This document shows positions 14,210 through 28,254 of a stretch of DNA of 64,000 nt, one piece after another. Both the position numbers and the translations under genes were made by a program. The stretch's first letter is position 1, and each line of letters begins with the position of its first letter. The stretch is from Octopus vulgaris (Eukaryota). The notes beneath the pieces were generated by a model that was not told the DNA's origin, ran no database searches, and worked only from the letters and a program-made list of their open reading frames with translations. The stretch covers positions 38,440,001 through 38,504,000 of the forward strand of contig OX597825.1 in NCBI GenBank assembly GCA_951406725.2, in the 5' to 3' direction.

Positions 14210-15200
14210 CAAAAGGTGAGGAAGTGGAGAGAGTTGCAAGTTGTACACCCCTGTCCACAGCCGTGTCTCGCGTACATAACCATGAAGCGGGTGACGTGGA
14301 GAATGGATAGCCACTCAACTTGGCAAAGCTTATTTCTCAGATAGTTCGCGGTTATCATTTTCTAGGAGAAATGAGCAATGTAGAGTCCGAGAATACCAGA
14401 AATGTCGACCAAGATTCGGACAGCGAATGGCCAGTCAGGCTTTCTTATATTTATTCTATTTCCCGTCTTCTGATTCATGGGCGCCGACAGTCGGGCTTGC
14501 AGCCGATGCAGCAAGGTGGGACAGAAGGAACATATTGCAGTAAGTGGCACTCAGCTTAGGGATTTGTCTCACTCGTATGGGAAGATTGTTGTTTCGTCGC
14601 GGTGCTTATCATCTTCTGGACAAGCCCTACCGGCTATTGTTGTGACAGAAAATGGGCCAAATCGCGGACACATTTTATAATGTCGTTCAGAAAGGCATGC
14701 TGGGGAAATCGACTCGCACTATGGGCGCAAATAACGGATACAAGCAGAGGTGATCGACTGCAGATCCACAAGACCACTTCTGCGTCTCACAGATGCGGAC
14801 AACGAGGCGCCGGGCTGTTCCAATACGAGTGCACTCATTAGGCAGGGTACCGGTTGATATGCGGGCAAGGAATTGAGGTACAAACTGCAGTGTGGATGTG
14901 AAGCAGAACGGCGGAAGGTAAGGCATTCCTGTTCTAAGGATTTTAGTGTATGGTACAGCTTTCAACCTTCCTGCCAACAAGAGATCACTAGTTTCTGGGC
15001 CGCTTGGGGTTCAACCATTTCACGGAGTAACTTGCTGGAGGCGGTTGAGTGAATATAGAGCGGCAGCGCATGAGGCGAAGGGGAAGAGAGGCGAAGGCCA
15101 CCGGAATTCACAGGTAGTTTTGCCTCTTGCTCTCCGGATCAGTCGAAACATATCGATCCGACGCAAGATGGTGGTTTCAATTGTCAGAACGAAACGACTC

Positions 15201-15205
<5 letters not shown>
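14210..15205 (+). mobile_element. GC-rich degenerate retroelement fragment, possibly Tx1/L1-like
   Basis: Sharp GC rise over flanks; broken remnants LQVVHPCP, RLLIHG/SRACSRC (C-terminal Zn-finger-like), SGQAL and HRCGQRG; no intact ORF. Confidence 0.35.
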
Positions 15206-15236
<31 letters not shown>

Positions 15237-16824
15237 GAGCAATGTGGTGAGTCAGAAATCCAATGATTCCATCCAATTGCTTTATCTGTTAATATATGCT
15301 GTTTAGTCATATATCACTGCGTTGTAAGTAACTAAGTATGGTAAATTGAGTACAGAAAAGTTTAAGCCTTAATTCATTATGTTGTGCTATGTGCATAATT
15401 CACGAAGGGAAAATCACGTAAGGTTTTATCTGACATATATATTACAACTATTATAACTATTTCCAAAAGAATTTTCCAAAATAAATTTTTAAAAAATATA
15501 TATATTTCTCTAAATATTATAACCCTATCAAGTAAATTAACCATAACACGTGCTTCATAACTTTCGGAACTGAAATGCGTATTGAACTCACTCTCTCATA
15601 CAATATCACCTTTCGTAACTCTCTACCATAAAAATGTTGGAAACTTAGTAGTTTTTTCAGATATTTATAAAATTTGTCGGACCTATTTTCATGCCGTCAG
15701 CCGGAAACTTAGATTCGACTAATTTTTTTATTATGACCTTAAATATACTAATAAAAACTAAATTTCAATCGTCTTTATGGTGAAATACGTTTAGAACAAC
15801 TCCAAGCCATAACAATTACACTTTAAAATAGTGTTTAGCGACAGTAGTGTAATTTTCCTTCAAACTACGAGCAGGAGTTTAGATACGTACCAGCTACTAA
15901 AAATGATTGTTTGTACGAAAAGTAATGCACTACGTACATCAAATCATTTTGAAAATAAGGTGGCGCCAGAAGAATTATCGTTGAACTTCCAAAAGGTAAG
16001 TTTATTGTTGCCTATGTCCAGCTATATGCTGGTTGTTCAAGAGTAGGTAATGGCACCAAGTTATTTGTACTGGCACCGAATGGAAAGTCAAGAAATGTTG
16101 TTTATCATGCAGCTTTGCAATAAGTTCCAAGTCGACAAAGTATATCATTGTTTGAAAAATATAGCTCAAGTTTAACAAAATTTAACATGTATTCATTGCA
16201 TGAAGTGTCATAGTTGGGCCCAACTCCCATTGAAGTGCCATCCACAGGAACTGGCTTTGAAGCTAGTATACAATATATACTACACATACATGCACGCACA
16301 TATACACATATACACGTACATACACACATATACACATACATACACACAGTACATACATACATATATACACATATGCATAAATGCATAAATACATACATGC
16401 ACGAATATCTTTTAAGTAGGCACAGGTGTAAGTTTTGTCAGCTAAAGTACAAAAATGTAAGAAGCGTTGCATAGAATACACACTAACAAACATGCACACA
16501 CATACATGCACACACACACACGCACACGCACACGCACACACACGCACATATTAGTTTTGCAAGATTCCTCACATCTTAGAAGAATAGAATGGAATACGTG
16601 GAGCAAGAACACAAACGGAAACGAAAATGTCGCTGAAGAAGCCACAGATGTAGGACGAAAGATTTACGGACAATGCACAGGTGTTAAAATAATAAAATAA
16701 CAGTATTAAACGAGTGAAGAACAAAAAACAATATGCAGTGCCTGTATTTATTTGACTAAAAAAGAGAATAATAATAATATATAAAATGACTATCCCACAA
16801 TACGATAATACATACATACATACA

Positions 16825-17158
<334 letters not shown>

Positions 17159-17484
17159 GCAGAAATCGCATTCAAAGGAACATTAAAATTCGTTGCCAAA
17201 ATCAATAAATGAAATTAAAGTAAAGAGATGAAGAAAAAACACAATGCCAACATAAAATATATGAAGAAAAGGAAAAGAAAGCCTTTTCCATTCGTTAATT
17301 TCCTTTTAGATAAGTGAGCGTTGTTTTCTCACTATTCAAAGTTCTAACCACCCAATAATGTTCGCATACGAATGATAGACACACTAACAAAATGTGTGTA
17401 TGTGTGTGCTATTGTCCTTCAGACATCTTTGTATGCATGTATATATCTATATATCTGTATTTCTATATAGATAAATGTATGATA

Positions 17485-17702
17485 TAGGAGGGGATGTTGA
17501 AAATCCATGGCTCTCGTTAAAAGAACATAAAGGAGGATCAGTTAATTATGAATTTATGCAACGTATCCCTCTCTCAGTTTCAAAGACTTACTCCAGAGGC
17601 CCTTCAGATTTTTAAGTCCTTTAAAAGAACTCGCAATTCAGGACCTCCAACAAGGCTTTTCCTGATAACCCTGAAGCCAGTAACTTTTCAACGCCCCTCG
17701 TA
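17485..17702. mobile_element. Mariner-derived MITE (~215 bp)
   Basis: TA-GGAGGGGATGTTGAAAATCCATGGCT at left; right end reverse-complements to TA-CGAGGGGCGTTGAAAAGTTACTGGCT. Confidence 0.75.
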
Positions 17703-17714
17703 TATATGCTCACA

Positions 17715-17767
<53 letters not shown>

Positions 17768-19484
17768 ACATATATATGCCTGTATATGTGCGTAGATGTC
17801 TACGTATATATATTTTGAATGAACAAACAAAACTAATACTTGATATTTCATGTTTCATTAGGAACATTTCATTAATGGATCATCATTCATTAAATCATAT
17901 TGAATTCAATGTCAACACTAAATCTGCAGCTGATGTATTAAGATATTCTCTAAAAACTAATTCTTTATGTATGCATGTAGGTATGTATACGTACATACAT
18001 ACAACTATACATACTTGCATACAAACATACAACCATACATACATTCATACGTATAGTCTTGCTTCGTCCAGTGATAAAAAGAAAGAAATAAAAAGAAGAG
18101 AGAAAATAATAATTAAGAAGTAAATACATCAAAACAAACATAGCGCAGTTTAGGTTAGATGGTGCGAAATCAAGATGACACATATGAAAATAAGTGATTG
18201 TTATAAAGCGTAATGAGACATAACACATTTTAAGGGAATAAAATGAAATAATATGAAACGATCGTAGTATATAAAATGTCGCAAGCAAGATAATTATGTT
18301 ATATAAAACGATATAATACGTATATGTGAAAAAATATATATATATATATCAGAATTGTTAAAGAGAAAATGAATACATAATACTACACTGCTCCCCGCAT
18401 ACCCTGTGTAGAGATAATATATGAATAAAAATTGAAATGAGGTTTTATGGGTCTCAAATAAGTAAATGCTTGAGTTATTAGTGTATTTTCACAATGTGTC
18501 GGTTACCGTTTCACGTAAAAAAAAAAAAATTCACTGCTTTCTAATATGTATCAATATTTCCCTCTGAATAAATAATACTTTCAGCCAATACTGGTCTTCT
18601 TGTCTTCGTTTAATTATATAATTCATAGTATTTTCTCTTCTCCATTAAACAGTATTCAGTTTGTTAGTTGTGGAAAATTTCCCTTCAATTATCAAACCAA
18701 TGAGCGCAAGTGTTATTTACAGAACTTTTCAAAAAAGCAGTATCTCATGAAACCGGCTGCAACACGGTCAGTTCTACAAAAGTTTATATATCCGTAAGCG
18801 GTTACTGTGAGAATTATATCGGCATATTGCTTCATGTTTCGAATAGACGCTTACTTTGTAATTTTCTCCAGCATTTAGCTTTTCATAATTTTCAAAATTT
18901 CAAGGTGAGATTTTTCACTTTGTTAATGCAACAATTAGGCAAAGTTTTATGCGTTACGACCATACTTTTGACGCTATCACACAGAACCCGACCAAACTAT
19001 GTATATGCATATATATTTCCATATATCTGTCAATCTATCTAGCTATATACACATTTACGCATTTTTATGTATGTGTATGTATCTGTGTTTATGTGTGCGT
19101 GTGTGCGAGCGTGTTTGTGTTTGTGTGTGGTTTTTGGTATACGTATTTATGTGTGGGTGTACATCACACATTTTGTATTCGTAGATGTGTTGAAAGCTAT
19201 TCGCGAACTTGTCAAATGAAAATATTACAGCTTTATCTTCACAAGTTAGATTAATAAATGAAGGTAGATGTGTTTCGATGACATGCACAATATATTTATG
19301 TGCTGTGAATTATTGATATATATGTTTAAAATGATTATTTATAATATAAGAGAAAGTCATATAAAAGTGCAATATTGTTTCCATGTTACATTTCTTTCAT
19401 TATGGTATAAAATTCTAAATGTCATTGTTAAAATTTTTTGATAATAAATATTTCATATACATGTGTATGAGTGACAGTGTATCT

Positions 19485-19551
<67 letters not shown>

Positions 19552-19585
19552 ATCATCTTTTGTTTTCCGAAAAATTTGAAGTATA

Positions 19586-20365
19586 CATTGGGTCATCCCA
19601 TAAATAATGCGTTTGTTTGTTCTAGCACTGATTAAACAGCTCCAGCTGCTGGTAGTAGATCTTCTTTGTTATCCTTTTGTTTGAGTTTACAAGTACAAAG
19701 TGGACTAAACCTTCCATATCCCACCAAAACAGCTAGCAACACTGTATGTGGGTGAAGACCTTCTTTAGCCTAGGGGTGTTTCTCCTCTCCCTACCCACTG
19801 TCTTCGGCGCTTGACAATTTTATAGAGAACCAATTTCTCATCACCGGTCAATATTCGGTCCACAACATGTTCATTCGTGAAACGTGAGAGCAAAGAAGAG
19901 CATACATTCGCTCTCTGCGCCCGATCAGACTCGGACATTTCGTGTAGAACCCATTGACCCAACTTTCTGAAGTTTCCAATGGCACGCATTTCAGTGACCA
20001 GATCCAAGGACGAGGCTCTTCTTCTAGGCTATAGTTTCCGGCTCGGAGCTTCTGGAACCACTGTTGATACTGGCTTACGCTTATTGTCCGAACAACATAT
20101 ACTGCATTGGTATTCCTCACACTTTCCGTTGCATTGTTGCCTTTGTTGAACTGCCAAATTAACTCCTGTGTCACTTCCATAATAACTTTGTAAAAATAAT
20201 TGTTAAAATCGCACTGCCCTCTTCAAAATTTGTACTAAGAATAGGTGCTAGTTAGAATTACTAACTGCATTTATAGCATGTTGATGCTGGCGGTTTATCC
20301 TGTCAGCCTCCGACTTTTAGTTCATGCAATTGAAAAGACCGCATTATTTATGGATTGACCCAATA
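19586..20365 (-). mobile_element. Internally deleted mariner with both TIRs
   Basis: TIRs ATTGGGTCATCCCATAAATAATGCG / ATTGGGTCAATCCATAAATAATGCG. Transposase N-terminus from ATG 20180 (QQWFQKLRAGNYSLEEEPRP), KLGQWVLHEMS (WVPHEL), RILTGDEK; C-terminal half missing. Confidence 0.9.
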
Positions 20366-20624
20366 TGCATACCTACATACATGCATATATATCCTCATCC
20401 ATACAACGCAGAGTAGAGAAAAGTATACCTTTAAACGGTCAAATCGAATGATATCTAAGTAAAGACCATGGAGAAACTGCACCTGCTTTCTAGTAGAGTC
20501 GCAATTGAAACGGTTACTAATCGGTGCAGTTGAAACGTGTGTTGGTCTATATAATGGTGTATATAAACTAATGAATGAAAGTTAATGCTATGCAACTTCT
20601 TAGTAATCTTTATTATTATTATTG

Positions 20625-20677
<53 letters not shown>

Positions 20678-21964
20678 CTAATGTAGGATAACATTTTTTC
20701 GGGAAAAAAATTTCATCAATGGCCAGCATATCAAAAAATACCTTTAAAGGTTAAATTTATAAATAATTTACAATATAAGGGCCTTATATTGTAAATTATA
20801 TAGTATATATATATATATATATGTATGTATACATAAATATATACATACATATATATATATATACATGTACATATAACTATATTTACATTAATACACACAT
20901 ATGTATGCATAGATATTTGTTGTTACATTTTCAACACTATTAGCCCTACTGTATATGCGTGAGCGGGCAGTATGTGTATAATGGTAGCCACTAAACTTGC
21001 ATCTAACGTAAGAGCTTCATGCAGAAACATGTTCGTATCTTTTTTTTTTTAATGTAGAGCAACACAAATAACTTATAACAATATTACACCTATTCTCCAG
21101 CTCTCTATATTCTTATACATGAGCGCTATTTTTGATAATCGTTATGAAATTTAAAAGTGGCTATCGAGTGCCCTGTTTAATATATCATTTCATTAAGCGC
21201 CTACATTTTATTTTCTCAGACAGTAGAAAATATAATCATGACTGGTAAACATCGATTTCAGTCATTAATATCAAACTGATTCGATAATAGGTGTCTAAAC
21301 ATTTACGTGGTATCGCTGCTGTAGATGACACTATAGGATATTATGAAATTCCATACTGTTTTTGAAAATTGACGAAATTTAGCATCGTTGTGTTATCAAG
21401 TACTTGTATAGAGGCATTTGATTCGTTATCACTTTCCGAGTTCAAAATTCGCGGAGAAATGCTGCTGCTGCTGCTGATGATGGTGATAATGATTATTGTC
21501 ACTATTATATAAAATATAAATGTGAATTATTCATTGAGCATGTGATGGTGAGATTTATTGTGCTCAAGCTCTCTGCTTGAAATCCTTGCAATATTTAGGA
21601 TAGTCATTTTCTACAATTCGAGAATACTTGCCTAAGTTCCATTACACTTCCACCCCTGAGGGTATACAGATGTTGCTCTCGTGAACCGATTAGAGCATGA
21701 GCAATTTTCATGTTTGTATGTTCTTCAGTAAATCTTTTTACGCTTGGACCTCGTATTTCTCAATGTTTTCGGGTAATAGATAATACGGAATTACGAAGAC
21801 TGTGATTTAAACTGTTGAATACATTTGCAAAGCAAAACGAAAACAATAAATGATTTATGAGACGCAATATATAAGAGTCACAGCAGTCAGATAGTGATGT
21901 GAAATAACAGAATATGATATTATAGTAGACAAGCAATATTAGGAAATAAATGAAAGAAACAAAT

Positions 21965-22170
21965 TAGTGTGACAGAATCTTAAGAGCGCCGGAAAATGCA
22001 TTGCGGTATTTGCGGAATCTCATTACGTACTAAGTTCAAGGCCTGCCAAAATTAAATTGACTTTCATCACTTTGGGATCGGTAAAATGAAATTCTAGTCT
22101 AATAGGAGGGTCAGTGGTAATTGTTGACCTTGCCCCACGAACTGCTCGTCTCGTGCAAAACATTTCAAGT
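21965..22170 (+). mobile_element. Degenerate Nin-DC-like SINE
   Basis: CAGAATC...AAATGCATTGCGGTATTT...ACTTTCATCACTTTGGGATCGGTAAAATGAA resembles the 10541 copy. Confidence 0.55.
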
Positions 22171-22506
22171 CATTTATATCATTGCTATTATTATACTCAT
22201 AATCATCATCACCCTGTGCGTTTCATGAAAAGTAAACACCAAAATCCTCAGGCAGTGAATTTCAGTGACATTTTATTAATATCATTATATATATATGCAT
22301 GCACATACATATTTATATTTTTGTACAACATCCTAAATGTTATATATGTAAATTTACTCTCATGTATGGAAAAAAAAATGCTACGCAATATATAAGCTTT
22401 CAAAACGTCGCCGAACAATGTCTCGAGGAATGTAATAGTTACTTCTGTATTATATATTATATAAAATAAACAATCATTAACGCGTAGAAGCAGTTATATA
22501 TATATA

Positions 22507-22588
<82 letters not shown>

Positions 22589-23659
22589 GATAAGCACATA
22601 TTGCAGATGTTTACTTTGTTGCACATTTTATGCAAAAATAGACACAAATCTTATAATACACACGCGGACAATTTCTTATTAATCCATATATAATTACAGT
22701 TATCTTCATAGATGTACTCTCATCCGCATGCATGTGTGTGATTGTTTCATTGTGTATCTGTGTGTGTATTTAGCTGTTTTTGAGTGTCTCTGTGTGCGTA
22801 TATCACCAAGTTTTAGCCTCTTGCATTTTGTAGTATAAATAAGAGAAACTGTAAATTGAGCGTTGTGTATCTGTACAGTATAGAGTCGTACGTTAAATCT
22901 CCATTCGCTCTTGTTAGGCTATAAGTAACTATACTTTGCCTAGAATAACTCTCGAATTGCTTCAAGAAAGCCAGGAATATTCAGAAACAGAGATGCAAGT
23001 ACCGATATACGTATAATTCAAGCACCAGAAGCATTCTAGAAGCTACAAGACGCACACTTACACACGCACCATTACTAAGTCATATACGTAACTTTTATCA
23101 AGATTTGTTTGTTGTTTTGATAAAGTATTACTTACATGGAGAGCACGTGCCATCGTTAATCGATACAATACTAGTTATCACATCTTGCTTGATATCTATA
23201 AACATTGAATGTAATCCAATAATGTTGATATTAAATATTTTCTTGTTACCGTTTTAGTGCGTATTTTCCGTTTTGTTTCGTTTGTTGTTGTTTTGCTATA
23301 TAGTTTCTTGTCTTATATTTGTTTGTTTATACAGACATGTAGACCCCTTCAGCTGTTAACAGGTCTATGTGTATACATAATACCATCTCATTATAAGGCA
23401 TCCTAATATCTTCGAAAGATAAAGACAAAAACAAAAGCAAACAAAAAAAAAACAGAAAACGAAAACAACTTATGCAAACTATGTCAAGATTGAGTCGATA
23501 AACGTTTATTTTATATAATTTGCTTACACAAATACGCAAATATAACCAAATCTCACACACAGATACATATGCATAAATAACCGTACTGTTACACAATATA
23601 CAGACGCGCACGCACACACTCGTATATATGTATGTATATATATATATGCATATATATAT

Positions 23660-23734
<75 letters not shown>

Positions 23735-24479
23735 CTACACATATGTATATCCATCCAAAGATATACGTACACACAGTCACACACACATGTGTGTTGCAGG
23801 ATGAGTGTTTCTGGGATATCTTTAAAAATGCAAGCGTAAAACACTCATAAATACAAATGCACGTTCCAATATATATCTATTTACTAATAACGTGTTTGCG
23901 TTCAGCTATGAGGCATTAACGAGTCTTTGTAATAATATTACCATTAAACAAACAGATGGGTATATTGTCTGAGAAACGCTTATGCAGCATTTGTTGGCTC
24001 CTCTTACATTTGTTGTGTTCCTCTATATATTTATCTATATATGTGTGTATATATAAAAATAAGTACTTTTAAATGCAGAAATGCACACACACACATACAC
24101 GCATACACCGACACACACACATACACGTACACACGTAAACACACCCACTCACACGTACATCCGTATATATGTAAAGATGAATCGGTGTTAAGTAGTCACC
24201 TTCATTAGCTTAACAATGGTTCATGTTTCGTAAGAAGTAGTCCAGTCAGGCATGTGTGCTTGTTCGTGCAACATCTTTTAGGTTGCTTGTAGGCATGAAT
24301 ATGGATTTTCAGAAAGCACACACACATATATACATGTACATGCATACATACACACATATACTCATCACACACTCATATACACACGTAAATATGGCACCAT
24401 GAGAATGACTGTCCTATATACGCAATATGTATATACCTATTCACATATCTATCTATCTATCTATCTATATATATATATA

Positions 24480-24863
24480 CTAGCAGTATCGCCCGGTGTT
24501 GCTCGGGTTTGTAAGGGAAATAACTATAAAGCATTTTTAGAGAGTTATAGCCAAAAAATAGCAAAAAAATGGAAAAAAAAAGATGGTAAATTTTTTTTGA
24601 GAGTTAAAAAGGTCGAATGCGTCCCCTAGACAGTCTGTGGTTTGTGTTTCTGATTCTCGACCCCATGTCGAATTTATCGATTTTTTTCAGAACTGGGGGA
24701 ACTTTTCAAAATTTTCGCTGCATTAGTTTTGAATTATGACATTGGGCTATGTGTGTGTTCAAGTTTCATCAGAATCGGTTGAAAGCCGTGATCAGGGTGA
24801 GGGTACAACCTAACAGACACACAGAAACACACACAGACAAACTGCCGTTTATATATAGAGAGA
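24480..24863 (-). mobile_element. Non-autonomous Helitron (~385 bp, both termini)
   Basis: Minus strand begins 5'-TC(TCTCTATATATAAACGGCAG) and ends in the hairpin CCCGAGCAACACCGGG followed 8 nt later by CTAG-3'; inserted between host A and T without a TSD. Confidence 0.85.
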
Positions 24864-25294
24864 TATACATATATATTCATTAATGCATATGAATTACAAA
24901 AGTTTCGAAATATATCTGCACAGGATTAATTTTACATTTAAGAATCTGTATTTTAGCACTTAGCATATTTTATACCTCAGTATTCGTATGGAGCATTTTG
25001 GCAATGATATAAGCCACTTAGAAGTATTCCTAAAGACCGGAATTTGCAGTTTTTTCGAATTTTGGATTTCGTATTATTTTTATATTCGCCTATAAAGTAG
25101 GTTAGCCTGGAAAGCGTAGTCTTGTCTATAGGCAATATATTAACTTGCATTTCTTAATATAATATGTTATTGATTCTGTACAGTTTTATACATGCCACCG
25201 TCAGAAAACCAACACATCGCTCTCCACCTTCAGTTATATATTTTAGCTTTTATTTTTCATCTTTTACTATTTTCAATAATTTGACACCGTGTGA

Positions 25295-25598
25295 AGTGGG
25301 ACACGGTATTGAAATGTTTTAGCCGAACAAGTTCATCCCATGACTTATTCTATTGGTCCCTTTTGCCGAAACACTACGTTGCGTATACTAAGCCACATCA
25401 ACAAGCAATAGTGGGGCCAAACATAAACATTAACACACACACACATATATGCTATGAGCTTCTTCCAGTTTCCTTCTACCAAATCAACTCACAAGGCTTT
25501 TGATGCACTCGAGGCTATAGTAGAAGGCATGCAGTGGGTCTGAACACGGAACCGTGAACCTGGGAAGCAAGTTTTTTATCACATAGCTACACTCGCGT
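25295..25598 (-). mobile_element. Octopus OR1-like tRNA-derived SINE, near full length
   Basis: Reverse complement: GAGTGTAGCTATGTG...GGTTCCGTGTTCAGACCCACTGC...CTTCTACTATAGCCTCG...TTTGGTAGAAGGAAACTG...TTCGGCAAAAGGGACC. Confidence 0.7.
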
Positions 25599-26249
25599 AT
25601 TTTTTTATTAAATTTTAGTGTACACGTACGTCATTCGTTTTTTAATATGGGGATGCTCGGTTGCTTTTCTATGTATATGTTCAGATTTATCTAATTTCAA
25701 AACAAAAAGACCTCAACAGACAAAATTATATATGTGTAAAATCAAAGATTGGAAAGGCGTTTCTAGATGTATAAAATGGACAAACATAAAACATAGAATA
25801 ATAAACACATTCCCAGCTTTATTAAGAGACACAAAAATCGGCATCGTGTTCATTAAAATACATTTGAAGCTACATAGAATTATCACTGCGCTACTATTGA
25901 ATTTTAGTTAATAGCACCGTCACGTGTTGTACTTAAATTCTATTCGAAAATATTTATGTCGCCTCATTGAATTGCAATACATAACAGTTTTCGTCAACGT
26001 ATTCAGACCGGAAAACTATTTCACGAACTATTGTTTAATTTGTCTGCAGCAGAGATAATGAAATCCAACCATGTGTGAAAACCGGTATTTCTAGTTAAAT
26101 ATCGCAGTGATTAATCGATACATGACGATGTCCACACTCACGAACACTCACAGACACACGCGGACACCTAGACGAAAGACTGATATTTAGAGACTAACGT
26201 ATAAATGTATAGTACATATACACATACTCGTACATGCATATAAGTGTAT

Positions 26250-26349
<100 letters not shown>

Positions 26350-26834
26350 AATAAAATAAATATATATATATTCATAGACATATATAGATACGTATATATA
26401 TACACACACATACATGCAGGCATACACAAAGACGAGAGATATTCAATAGGGGTTAACATATACGTACTTATAATAACAATAATGTTTAATGTAATAATAC
26501 ACTATGGGAGTGTCCTGCATAATAAATTTAAACAATTTAGTGCTGCAAATTTACTATATAATGAGGTGATAATGATCACTTAATTGAGACTATGCGTGCA
26601 AAATGTTCCCTTCATTGTCTATGTAATATTTTTAAAAAGAAGAAGCGATGGAGACAAATCTAATAAAATCAATCAACTGAAATTTGGAAAATATAGACAA
26701 TGCAGTTAGATGTAGAGTTCAAAGCAAAATGTTGTAAACAAGGATTAGATTGCCTTCTTCGCAAAAAAGACTTTTCTCTACTTCTTATATACATTGTCAT
26801 AGGAATTTGTGTTTGTGCTTGGATATACTCTCAA

Positions 26835-26973
26835 ATGGTACTTATTTTATCGCCTCGAGAGCAAGAAAAACAAAGTCAAACTCGAGGCAGAATACTGATA
26901 CAAATCGTAAAGACGGACGAAACGCTGCTAACAATTTTGCCCGGTGTGCTAACGTTCCTCTCACCTCGCTGCC
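26835..26973 (-). mobile_element. Nin-DC-like SINE 5' half
   Basis: Reverse complement GGCAGCGAGGTGAGAGGAACGTTAGCACACCGGGCAAAAT...CGATAAAATAAGTACCA. Confidence 0.7.
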
Positions 26974-27709
26974 TTAAATGTGTGCATGAATATTGGTTTC
27001 AAAATCTTGGTACAATGTCAGCAATGTCGGAGGAGTAGGTAAGTTGATTGCATCGACCACTGTACTCTGATATGTTTTCAGATTAACTGCGCGTTGTCTT
27101 CCACTATGCAGTTAAATCAAATTTAAATTACAGTGACAATTAAAGGTACTAGTGTCGAGTTTTTGCTAACGAATTAGATTTTGTTGCCGTTTTGCCTTTC
27201 GCTTTTCGTTTAGAGTGTTGTTTTCGTTGTAGTGATTGTTGTGGATCTTATTCATAGCGATAAAGACGCTAGATTTGCAAATTGTACGGTTGTAGCCATA
27301 TTTTTTATGTTGGTTCACCTTGAAGGAAATCTTGCTTTTGCTGACGCAGCAACAGTAGCAGCAGCAGCAGTAGTAGTAGTGGCGGTGGCGATGGCGGTGG
27401 TGGTGGTGGTGGTGGTGTTAGTAGTAGTAGTAGTAGTTGTAGTTATGCTGTGAGCAATGTTTATTTATAACTAAACCTTTTATTTTTAGAAAATGTTCAT
27501 GTTATTTTGTAGAGCGTTCATATGTTTTGTTGTTATTTCCGACAATAAGTATTAAAAATAAATATCTGGAGTTCAAGTTTGAATCTAAGTTTATTTAGAT
27601 AAAACTATTCGACTTTTCTTGAAAGGCAAACAATACCAAAGATATAATATCGATTTTCAGTCAGATATAAGGAAAAAAAACTCAAATAACAGTGGCGTGT
27701 ATTTAATCG

Positions 27710-27950
27710 ACACGCTTACATAACCAGTACTTACTTAATCGATCGTGGCAATACAAATTCAATTTTTGGATCCCGTACAAGAGATTTCCTCTGCAAAATC
27801 GAAATAACAGCAGCTCGTCCGTGAGATGAGCCACACGAGCTCGAGTGGCTGCTGCACCGAATGTCTCTGGCAGTTCACCACGGCAATGCAATGGCACTCA
27901 TTAGCGAAGGATGTCGCCGAGCACACATTTTGTTCCGGAGTATGTGACTC
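27710..27950 (+). mobile_element. 3' fragment of a CRE-clade-like (restriction-like endonuclease) retrotransposon
   Basis: One frame reads SIFGSRTRDFLCKI...*DEPHELEWLLHRMSLAVHHGNAMALI, resembling the CRE C-terminus (G.FG...FL...DPRE..FL.QRLSIAIQRGNA). Confidence 0.55.
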
Positions 27951-28254
27951 ATCGTCTCCTCCGCCTCCATCTTCTACTTCCCCACTTCCTCTTTCATGTT
28001 TTTCTTATTTCCTTTTCTTCTGTATCTTTCTATTTAAATGTTATGTTGTAAAATGAGATCTGTTGTAGAATTGACTGTAGAAACAATGCATTTTGTCATT
28101 AAAAAAATATTGATACGCATAAACAAATGCGCAATATAATTAAGAAAATGTATTCGATGGTTAAATGCTTTCGCACACGCAGTGAAGTCAATAAAATGTG
28201 ACACTAGAACATCTGATATGAGAACTCATTTTAAGTTTTTATCTTGTAGTTTTT

